Of a DNA stretch of 35,665 bases, positions 1-7,937 are shown in pieces (the first letter of the stretch is position 1; each line of letters begins with the position of its first letter). The notes under the pieces were generated by a model, which saw only the letters and a list, made by a program, of their open reading frames with translations, was not told the DNA's origin and did no database searches. Where the stretch lies: sequence record SRR20825010_694, one strand, 5' to 3'. Both the position numbers and the translations under genes were made by a program.

Positions 1-49
1 TGGCGGAAGCCAGTGGACCTTTGGTACCCAAATGGAAATCTGGTTCTGA
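1..49 (+). CDS. lamB: 3' end of a maltoporin/LamB-family sugar porin (partial, runs off the window start)
   Basis: Frame from position 2 reads GGSQWTFGTQMEIWF-stop (TGA 47-49). This matches the LamB C-terminal strand (TFGxQMExW[WF]) with a terminal aromatic residue, directly upstream of a sugar ABC operon. Not in the ORF track. Confidence 0.8.
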   Translation, partial: GGSQWTFGTQMEIWF

Positions 50-79
50 GTCCGACAACAATAAAATGAGGTAAACACC

Positions 80-1351
80 ATGTTCAGATCCCGTGGAATG
101 CAGTGGATTCTAGGCGGCCTCGCCGCCAGCATGCTGGTGGGTGGCCTGCAGGCCAAAACCATCACCATTTCGTGTGGCGCCGTTGGTGCAGAAAAGCAGC
201 TGTGTGAAGAAGGCACCCAGGCATGGTCCGAGAAAACCGGCCATGAGGTAAAGGTGGTTTCCACGCCCAATTCTGCTACTGAACGCCTGTCGCTGTATCA
301 GCAGCTGTTTGCAGCTCGCTCAGGCGACGTGGATGTGTTTCAGATCGATGTGGTCTGGCCGGGCATGCTGGCCAGCCACCTTGTTGATCTGTCTGAATAC
401 ACGGACGGAGCAGAAAGCAATCACTTCGATGCGCTGGTAGAGAACAATACGGTGGACGGCAGCCTGGTGGCCATGCCCTGGTTTACGGACGCCGGCGTGC
501 TTTATTACCGCAAGGACCTCCTGGGAAAATACAGTCTCGAGGCGCCCGAGACCTGGCAGGAACTAACCAGTACCGCCGAAACCGTTATGGCCAAGGAGCG
601 CGAGGCTGGTAACGATCGCTTCTGGGGGTACGTCTGGCAGGGCCGTGCCTATGAGGGGCTGACCTGCAATGCGCTCGAGTGGATTGCCAGCCATAACGGC
701 GGGACCGTAGTGAATGATCAGGGCGAGGTCACCGTCAACAATGAACAGGCCGCAGAAGCGCTGGCGCTGGCCAGCACCTGGATTGACGGTATCTCGCCCC
801 GCAGTGTCCTGAACTACACCGAGGAAGAAGCAAGGGGCGTGTTTCAGTCAGGCAACGCGCTGTACATGCGCAACTGGCCTTACGCCTGGAGTCTCGCACA
901 GAGTGAAGACAGCCCGGTCAAGGGCAAGGTAGGCGTGGTCGCACTGCCGAAAGGTGGAAAGGACGGCCGGCACGCCGGCACCTTGGGTGGCTGGCAACTG
1001 GCGGTGTCGAAATACTCGAAAAACGTTGATGAAGCGGCCGACCTGGTGCGTTTCCTGACCAGCTTTGAAGAACAGAAGCGCCGTGCCATCGAGGGCAGCT
1101 ACAACCCGACGATTCCAGACCTGTACCGCGATGAGGAGGTGCTTGCAGCGGTGCCGTTCTTTGGCGAGCTGTTTGAGACCTTCAAGAACGGTGTCCCCCG
1201 GCCCTCATCAGCAACTGGTGATCAGTATGGCCGTGTCAGCAATGCCTTTTTCAACGCCACCCATGACGTTCTCTCGGGAAAAACCGAGCCGGAAAAAGCG
1301 TTGACCGATCTTGAGCGGCAGTTAGCACGTCTTGGTCGTCGCGGCTGGTAA
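80..1351 (+). CDS. Sugar ABC transporter substrate-binding protein (trehalose/maltose/alpha-glucoside type)
   Basis: 423 aa with N-terminal signal peptide and CUT1 SBP motifs (DVFQIDVVW, MPWFTDAGVLYYRKDLL, YMRNWPY, LGGWQLAV). RBS GAGG at 68-71. Confidence 0.92.
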   Translation: MFRSRGMQWILGGLAASMLVGGLQAKTITISCGAVGAEKQLCEEGTQAWSEKTGHEVKVVSTPNSATERLSLYQQLFAARSGDVDVFQIDVVWPGMLASHLVDLSEYTDGAESNHFDALVENNTVDGSLVAMPWFTDAGVLYYRKDLLGKYSLEAPETWQELTSTAETVMAKEREAGNDRFWGYVWQGRAYEGLTCNALEWIASHNGGTVVNDQGEVTVNNEQAAEALALASTWIDGISPRSVLNYTEEEARGVFQSGNALYMRNWPYAWSLAQSEDSPVKGKVGVVALPKGGKDGRHAGTLGGWQLAVSKYSKNVDEAADLVRFLTSFEEQKRRAIEGSYNPTIPDLYRDEEVLAAVPFFGELFETFKNGVPRPSSATGDQYGRVSNAFFNATHDVLSGKTEPEKALTDLERQLARLGRRGW

Positions 1352-2349
1352 TGGCCATGGCTGATCCCACTGTAACCTCGGCAAATGCGGACGCGGGCGA
1401 GCCGTCACTCGCCCGGTCCGTTTCCCCTACACGGCGGCACAACAGGGTGCATCGTCAACGCCTGCGTGCTGCCTGGATGTTTCTCATCCCGATGCTGGTG
1501 GTGCTGGCTGCTGTGGCAGGCTGGCCGCTCATGCGCACCATCTGGTTCAGCTTTACCGATGCCAGCTTCTCGGATATCAGTAGCTACAGTCTGATCGGGT
1601 TTGAGAACTATCTGGTGTACGACAACGGCGCCTGGTATGGCGTGCTGGCGGACCCAAGCTGGTGGCGCGCGGTCTGGAACACGCTGTTTTTCACGGTGGT
1701 ATCGGTGGGTGCTGAAACTGTGTTGGGGCTGATTATTGCGCTGACACTGAACGCCCAGTTTCGCGGGCGCGGCTGGATTCGTGCGGCGACACTCATACCC
1801 TGGGCCATCCCCACCATTGTATCGGCCAAGATGTGGGGCTGGATGCTCCACGACCAGTTCGGGATCATCAACGACCTGCTGATGACCATTGGGGTCATTG
1901 CTGAACCCCTGAACTGGACCGCCAACTCGGACCTGTCCATGTGGGCGGTGATCATGGTGGATGTCTGGAAAACCACGCCCTTCATGGCGCTTCTGACCCT
2001 GGCAGCGTTGCAGATGCTGCCCTCGGACTGCTATGAGGCCGCGAAGGTGGATGGTATCCACCCGGTGCGGGTGTTCTTCCGCGTTACCCTGCCGCTGATC
2101 TACCCGGCGCTGATGGTCGCCATTATCTTCCGGATACTGGATGCGCTGCGGGTGTTCGACGTGATCTATGTGCTCACCTCCAACAGCGAGGACACCATGT
2201 CCATGTCGGTCTACGCCCGCCAGCAACTGGTGGAGTTCCAGGATGTGGGCTATGGCTCGGCTGCCTCGACGGTGCTGTTCCTGATCATTGCCCTTTTGAC
2301 GATTACCTATCTCTATCTGGGGCGTAAACAGTTCGGAGGTGATGCATGA
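1351..2349 (+). CDS. Carbohydrate ABC transporter permease (MalF/ThuF-like)
   Basis: Multiple TM segments and EAA loop (YEAAKVDG). TAATG stop/start overlap with the SBP gene. Alternative start at 1357. Confidence 0.92.
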   Translation: MAMADPTVTSANADAGEPSLARSVSPTRRHNRVHRQRLRAAWMFLIPMLVVLAAVAGWPLMRTIWFSFTDASFSDISSYSLIGFENYLVYDNGAWYGVLADPSWWRAVWNTLFFTVVSVGAETVLGLIIALTLNAQFRGRGWIRAATLIPWAIPTIVSAKMWGWMLHDQFGIINDLLMTIGVIAEPLNWTANSDLSMWAVIMVDVWKTTPFMALLTLAALQMLPSDCYEAAKVDGIHPVRVFFRVTLPLIYPALMVAIIFRILDALRVFDVIYVLTSNSEDTMSMSVYARQQLVEFQDVGYGSAASTVLFLIIALLTITYLYLGRKQFGGDA

Positions 2350-3188
2350 ACCGCAAGCTATTGAAAAAAGTAGCCGCCAAAACCGGCTTCGGGTTACTGC
2401 TCACCGCCATCCTGCTGTTCACGGTGTTTCCCTTTTACTACGCCATCGTGACCTCCTTCAAGAGCGGCTCGGAGTTGTTCAGCATCGATTACTGGATCAC
2501 CTCCTTCAATCTGGAGAATTACCAGGCGGTGTTGGGAGAGGGGTCGTTTGTGACCAGCATCTGGAACTCGGTGCTGGTGGCGTCTTCAGCGGTCGCCATT
2601 GCCATGTTTTTTGGTCTGACCGCGGCCTACGCCCTGGGGCGGGTTCATTTCCGGGGGCGTGGAACCGTGCTGATGATTGTCCTCGGTGTGTCCATGTTCC
2701 CGCAGGTGGCGGTGCTGTCTGGTCTGTTTGAGGTGATCCGCGCCTTCAACCTCTATAACGATCCACTGTCACTGGTGTTTTCCTACACCATTTTCACCCT
2801 GCCTTTCACCGTCTGGGTGCTGACCACGTTCATGCGGCAGTTGCCGAAGGAGCTTGAGGAAGCCGCGATTGTGGACGGGGCTTCGCCGGTGGTGACGCTG
2901 TTCAAGGTGTTTATTCCATTGATGGGGCCCGCCATGGCGACTACCGGGTTGTTGGCGTTTATCGCCGCGTGGAACGAATTCCTGTTTGCGCTCACTTTCA
3001 CCCTGACGGACGACCAGCGCACGGTGCCGGTCGCTATCGCTTTGATTACCGGTGGGTCGCAGCACGAATTGCCCTGGGGACACCTGATGGCGGCATCGGT
3101 GATTGTCACTGTGCCGCTGGTGGTCCTGGTACTGATTTTTCAACGTCGAATTGTGTCCGGCCTGACGGCGGGCGCGGTCAAAGGTTAA
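2346..3188 (+). CDS. Carbohydrate ABC transporter permease (MalG/ThuG-like)
   Basis: EAA loop (LEEAAIVDGAS), AWNEF motif, C-terminal GLTAGAVKG. ATGA overlap with the upstream permease. Confidence 0.93.
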   Translation: MNRKLLKKVAAKTGFGLLLTAILLFTVFPFYYAIVTSFKSGSELFSIDYWITSFNLENYQAVLGEGSFVTSIWNSVLVASSAVAIAMFFGLTAAYALGRVHFRGRGTVLMIVLGVSMFPQVAVLSGLFEVIRAFNLYNDPLSLVFSYTIFTLPFTVWVLTTFMRQLPKELEEAAIVDGASPVVTLFKVFIPLMGPAMATTGLLAFIAAWNEFLFALTFTLTDDQRTVPVAIALITGGSQHELPWGHLMAASVIVTVPLVVLVLIFQRRIVSGLTAGAVKG

Positions 3189-3204
3189 CTAAGGAGTTAT
3201 GTGT

Positions 3205-4821
3205 ATGAGCCAGTCACAGCCCTGGTGGAAAGGTGGCATTATCTACCAGATCTATCCCCGCAGTTTTATGGATAGCAACGGGGATGGCATTGGTGACCTC
3301 AAAGGGGCAACCGAGAAGCTGCCCTATGTGGCATCGCTGGGGGTGGATGCCATCTGGCTGTCTCCGTTCTTTACCTCACCGATGAAAGACTTTGGTTACG
3401 ATGTGTCCGATTACCGGGGAGTAGATCCGATATTCGGAACCATGGAGGACTTCCAGGCTTTGGTGAGCGAAGCGCACCGGCTCAACCTGAAGGTCATTAT
3501 CGATCAGGTCATCAGCCACACATCGGATGCCCATCCCTGGTTCGAGGAGAGTCGCCGCAGCCGCGACAACCCCAAGGCGGACTGGTTTGTCTGGGCCGAC
3601 CCCAAGCCGGATGGCACGCCGCCCAACAACTGGCTGTCCATCTTCGGTGGCAGTGCCTGGGCCTGGGACACCCGCCGGGGCCAGTACTACCTGCACAATT
3701 TCCTGGCCAGCCAGCCGGATCTCAATTTCCATAATCCCGATGTGCGCCAGGCCAATCTGGATAACATGCGTTTCTGGTTGGACCTGGGGGCGGATGGTTT
3801 CAGGCTGGATACCGTTAACTTTTACTTTCATAACCAGAGCCTGGCGGATAATCCGGCAGTACCGGTTGGGGAAAACAAGACCTTCGTGGCGCAGGGCATG
3901 AATCCCTACACCTATCAGCGCCATGTCAACGACCTGAGTCAGCCCGAGAACATCAGCTTCCTCAGCGACCTGAGGGCACTGATGGACGAATACCCGGAAA
4001 CCACGCTCGTTGGAGAAATCGGTGACGATAAACCCCTTGAGCGAATGGCGGAATACACCGCTGGCGACAATCGTCTCCACATGGCGTACTCCTTCGATCT
4101 GTTGTCAGATCGCCATGGTCCGGACTATGTGCGGGAGGTGGTGCGTCGCTATCAGCAGGGGCTTGGGGATGGTTGGCCCTGCTGGGCTCTGAGCAACCAT
4201 GACGTGGTGCGGGTGGTTTCCCGCTGGGGAGATGGGGCCGACGACCTCCAGGCTTACCCGCGAATCCTGATGGCATTGCTGCTGTCGCTTCGGGGCAGTG
4301 TATCGATGTATCAGGGTGAGGAGTTGGGCCTGCCGGAGGCAACCGTGCCCTATGAAGAGCTACAGGACCCTTATGGCATCAGTTTCTGGCCTGAGTTCCG
4401 GGGCCGCGACGGTTGTCGCACGCCGATGGTCTGGGAGCCGGTCGCCCAGGGCGGCTTCAGCTCCGTAAAACCCTGGCTGCCGGTGGACCGGGATCACCTG
4501 GAGTTTGCCGTCAGCGTCCAGGAGGCCGATCCGGACTCCACGCTCAATGCTGTAAGAAAACTAATCCATTGGCGGCAGCAACAGCCTGCCCTGGTTCGTG
4601 GGGACATGACCGTTCTTGAGAATACCGGGGAGGCCCTGTGTTGGCTGCGCAAAACCGATGATCAGTCGCTTCTTGTCGCGCTCAACCTGACGGGGAAGGA
4701 GCTGCGGATCCCCTTGCCCTGCGATGTTCATGAACTCGCTCAGGGGCATGGCTTCGAAGGGCGTCTGGAAGGCAGCGAAATGGTATTGCCGCCCTACCAG
4801 GCGCTGTTCGCCGAACAATAA
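3205..4821 (+). CDS. GH13 alpha-glucosidase (AglA-like)
   Basis: WWKGGIIYQIYPRSF start; catalytic motifs GFRLDTVN, VGEIG, SNHD; YQGEELG; RDGCRTPM. AAGGAG at 3191-3196 favours ATG 3205 over 3199. Confidence 0.92.
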   Translation: MSQSQPWWKGGIIYQIYPRSFMDSNGDGIGDLKGATEKLPYVASLGVDAIWLSPFFTSPMKDFGYDVSDYRGVDPIFGTMEDFQALVSEAHRLNLKVIIDQVISHTSDAHPWFEESRRSRDNPKADWFVWADPKPDGTPPNNWLSIFGGSAWAWDTRRGQYYLHNFLASQPDLNFHNPDVRQANLDNMRFWLDLGADGFRLDTVNFYFHNQSLADNPAVPVGENKTFVAQGMNPYTYQRHVNDLSQPENISFLSDLRALMDEYPETTLVGEIGDDKPLERMAEYTAGDNRLHMAYSFDLLSDRHGPDYVREVVRRYQQGLGDGWPCWALSNHDVVRVVSRWGDGADDLQAYPRILMALLLSLRGSVSMYQGEELGLPEATVPYEELQDPYGISFWPEFRGRDGCRTPMVWEPVAQGGFSSVKPWLPVDRDHLEFAVSVQEADPDSTLNAVRKLIHWRQQQPALVRGDMTVLENTGEALCWLRKTDDQSLLVALNLTGKELRIPLPCDVHELAQGHGFEGRLEGSEMVLPPYQALFAEQ

Positions 4822-4870
4822 AGCACCGGCGCCCGGTGTCATCGCCGGGCCCAACAGAGGAGTCTCCACC

Positions 4871-6013
4871 ATGGCTTGTGTGGAACTGAAAAAGATCAAC
4901 AAGACCTTTGGCAAAATTGAAATTATTCCAAACGTGGACCTGCGCATTGAAGACGGTGAATTCGTCGTCTTTGTAGGGCCTTCGGGCTGCGGCAAGTCGA
5001 CCCTGCTGCGCCTGATTGCCGGGCTGGAGGAACCCTCGGCCGGCGATATTGAGATCGGTGGCGAGGTTGTTACAGACCTGTCTCCCAAGGAGCGTGGGGT
5101 GGGCATGGTATTCCAGTCCTATGCGCTGTACCCGCATATGTCGGTCTACGAAAACATTGCCTTTGGTCTGAAGCTTGGCAAGGCCAATAAGGGTAGAATC
5201 CAGGAGTGGGTGGAGAAAACCGCAGAGGTGCTTCAGCTCACAAGCCTCTTGCAGCGAAAGCCCCGCGAATTGTCCGGTGGTCAGCGTCAGCGGGTTGCCA
5301 TTGGCCGCGCCATGGCCCGGGAACCCAAAATCATGCTGTTCGACGAGCCTCTGTCCAATCTGGACGCCAGCTTGCGCGTGCAAATGCGTACGGAAATTGC
5401 GAAGCTTCACGATCGGCTGCAATCCACGATGATCTATGTCACCCACGATCAGGTGGAAGCCATGACCCTGGCTGACAAAATCGTGGTGCTCAATGGCGGG
5501 CATATTGAGCAGGTGGGTACGCCCTACGAGCTTTATGAAACCCCGGCGAGCCTGTTTGTCGCAGGGTTTATTGGTTCTCCCAAGATGAACCTGATTCCCG
5601 CCACTCTTCAGGCTTCTCAGGCATCTCAGGCCAATCGTGCCGAGATCAAGGTCTGTGGTATGGGTGCGGTGAGCCTGGATCGTGACACCTCGCATCTGGC
5701 TGACGGGGCGGTGATGACCGTGGGGCTTCGTCCTGAACACATTGAACTTGAACTTTCCGGCCCTGACAGTGGGCTGGAAGTGGTGAATGTCGAGTATCTT
5801 GGTAATGAAGCCTACGTTTACCTGGAAATGCCAGGAATGGCGGATCTTGTGGTGGTCCGGGAGTCGGTACCCTGCCAGATACGGGCCGGCCAGAGGGTAA
5901 CCATCAACACTGAACCGGCACTGTTACACGTATTCGATACCGATGGACGCAGTCTGCCGCCCCTGGTGTCGGCCCCAGCCGCCGATGACGTTGCGCGATT
6001 GGCCAGTCAATAG
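4871..6013 (+). CDS. Sugar ABC transporter ATP-binding protein (MalK/UgpC family)
   Basis: Walker A GPSGCGKST, LSGGQRQR signature, Walker B LFDEPLSNLD, YVTHDQ, C-terminal TOBE-like region. GAGGAG at 4857-4862 supports ATG 4871 rather than the ORF-track start 4724. Confidence 0.93.
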   Translation: MACVELKKINKTFGKIEIIPNVDLRIEDGEFVVFVGPSGCGKSTLLRLIAGLEEPSAGDIEIGGEVVTDLSPKERGVGMVFQSYALYPHMSVYENIAFGLKLGKANKGRIQEWVEKTAEVLQLTSLLQRKPRELSGGQRQRVAIGRAMAREPKIMLFDEPLSNLDASLRVQMRTEIAKLHDRLQSTMIYVTHDQVEAMTLADKIVVLNGGHIEQVGTPYELYETPASLFVAGFIGSPKMNLIPATLQASQASQANRAEIKVCGMGAVSLDRDTSHLADGAVMTVGLRPEHIELELSGPDSGLEVVNVEYLGNEAYVYLEMPGMADLVVVRESVPCQIRAGQRVTINTEPALLHVFDTDGRSLPPLVSAPAADDVARLASQ

Positions 6014-6025
6014 AGCGAGTCCAGG

Positions 6026-7090
6026 ATGGAAATGAATAACCCGGTCAACAGGCAGAGGCGGCTGACCGTCAAGCTGATGGCCGAGAAACTCAATGTGTCC
6101 ACGGCGACCATTTCAAACGCCTTCAACCGGCCGGACCAGCTATCGGACGCCCGTCGCCGATGGATTCTTGAAGAATGCCGTCGCCACGGTTATATGGGTC
6201 CAAATGCGGCCGCCAGAAGTTTGCGTACCGGCAGGACCGGAAACGTGGGCGTCATGCTGGCGGACAATCTGGCCTACAGCCTGACCGATCCCGTAGCCAG
6301 CGAATTTCTCCATGGCCTTGCAGAGGTGTTCGACCAACGCCGCATGAACATGCTGCTGTTGTCCAGCCAGGAAGACGATGAACATCGCAGCCGGCTGCAG
6401 GAGGCCATGGTGGACGGGTTTATTGTCTATGGTTGGCTGAAAAAGGGCCGAACCTACGACCGTTTGTTGCAGCATGGCAAGCAGATGGTGGCGGTGGATT
6501 TTGATCTGGAGGGGTGCACCTGGGTCAACATCGACAACTACGACGGTGCACGATGTATTGCCGAGCATGCCCTCAAACAGCCGCCCAGCAATGTGGCAAT
6601 CATGGGTTTGCGATTGGTGGATACCGACCGTGTTTGCCGTATTCGTGACCAGGAGCTGTTCAACGAAGTGCGGGCTATTTCCGTACGCCGGCTCCGTGGC
6701 TATCTCGACGCCCTTGAGGCGGCGGGCCATCATGTATCATCAGACCGAATCTGGTCCACACCCACCAATACCCATCAGGACGCCTACCAGGCTGCCCGTG
6801 AGGCTCTGACCAGCGCACCCCGCCCAGATCTGATGCTGTGTATGAGTGACCGAATTGCATTGGCGGCCATCCAGGTAGCTCTGCAAATGGGACTAAAAGT
6901 ACCGGAAGATGTTCGCATTGTTGGCTTCGACGGTATTCCGGAAGGCGCTAACCTGCATCCATCCCTGACGACCATGTACCAACAGAGTGCCGAGAAAGGC
7001 CGTACAGCCGCGCAGATTTTTCTCGGAGAGAAAGAAGATGGGAATGTCCTGCTACCGACCTGCCTGATGGTACGTGAAAGCTGTCCTTGA
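6026..7090 (+). CDS. LacI-family transcriptional regulator (AglR-like)
   Basis: N-terminal HTH (LNVSTATISNAFN), hinge PNAAARSL, C-terminal VPEDVRIVGFDG and LTTM. Start may be 6032. Confidence 0.9.
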   Translation: MEMNNPVNRQRRLTVKLMAEKLNVSTATISNAFNRPDQLSDARRRWILEECRRHGYMGPNAAARSLRTGRTGNVGVMLADNLAYSLTDPVASEFLHGLAEVFDQRRMNMLLLSSQEDDEHRSRLQEAMVDGFIVYGWLKKGRTYDRLLQHGKQMVAVDFDLEGCTWVNIDNYDGARCIAEHALKQPPSNVAIMGLRLVDTDRVCRIRDQELFNEVRAISVRRLRGYLDALEAAGHHVSSDRIWSTPTNTHQDAYQAAREALTSAPRPDLMLCMSDRIALAAIQVALQMGLKVPEDVRIVGFDGIPEGANLHPSLTTMYQQSAEKGRTAAQIFLGEKEDGNVLLPTCLMVRESCP

Positions 7091-7212
7091 TGTTTGGGGC
7101 TTTAACACTTGCGTTTCTAGGCTATAGTTGAGGGTAGCGTGGCCTGATCTTTCCAGGCCCGTGAGGCGTATCCATTCAACCAATAATAAAATTACCTCAA
7201 GGGGGTAAAGCC

Positions 7213-7824
7213 ATGCTCCTGAATCACGCATTTGGTCTGTTCACCCATCCCGATGCCGAGTGGGCCGAGATCCGCAAGGAACACGCACCTCCCCGGCGGC
7301 TCTATGTTGCCTATGTGCTGTTGCTTGGCGCGATAGCGCCGATCTGTGCCTACATTTCCACGGCTCACATCGGTTGGACGGTGAGCGGTGAGCGCGTCAT
7401 AAAGCTCACGGAAGTCAGTGCGATACAGCTAAGCGTTCTGACCTATCTGGCCATGCTGGTGGGGGTGTTTGCCCTGGGGTTCGCCATCAACTGGATGGCT
7501 CGGACATATGGCGCCCATGAAGAAACCGTTCCTTCCAATGGCATTGCGTTGGCGGCTTATTCCTGTACGCCGCTGTTCCTCGCTGGTTTTGCGTTGCTCT
7601 ATCCGGTGCCCTGGTTCAATGCCCTGGTCTTCCTGGCGGCGGCCTGTTATGGCGCCTGGCTGATGTACGATGGCCTGCCGATTGTCATGGGCATTCCCAA
7701 GGACCAGGCGGTGATGTATGCCGGTGCCCTGTTGACCGTGGCGCTGGTCATTCTGGTGTCAACCCGTGTGGGTTCCGTCATCCTCTGGAACTATGGCCTG
7801 GGGCCGGTCTTCGTCGAAGGGTAG
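7213..7824 (+). CDS. Yip1/YohC (DUF1282) family inner-membrane protein
   Basis: MLLNHAFGLFTHPDAEW start typical of YohC-like proteins, about five TM helices, AAYSCTPLF motif. Confidence 0.82.
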   Translation: MLLNHAFGLFTHPDAEWAEIRKEHAPPRRLYVAYVLLLGAIAPICAYISTAHIGWTVSGERVIKLTEVSAIQLSVLTYLAMLVGVFALGFAINWMARTYGAHEETVPSNGIALAAYSCTPLFLAGFALLYPVPWFNALVFLAAACYGAWLMYDGLPIVMGIPKDQAVMYAGALLTVALVILVSTRVGSVILWNYGLGPVFVEG

Positions 7825-7870
7825 CGGCTTTGCCCGGCCTGTCGTGATTTGCTATTCAGGATGTCGCCAT

Positions 7871-7904
7871 CCGTCATCCTGTCGTTACACTTTGGCGCTA
7901 CCTT
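7871..7904 (+). promoter_or_regulatory. Putative Pho box plus -10 element for phoD
   Basis: CCGTCAT-CCTG-TCGTTAC (7871-7888), a 10-bp spacer, then TACCTT (7899-7904). Same geometry as the phoB promoter in this window. Confidence 0.55.
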
Positions 7905-7937
7905 TTACCTGACCACTAAACTAGGGCAGGGAAAGGT

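Noticed and set aside
4824..4850. Alternative hairpins between the glucosidase and ATPase genes
   Set aside because: Short GC stems with no U-tract. At most an mRNA stability element; not supportable as a terminator or riboswitch.
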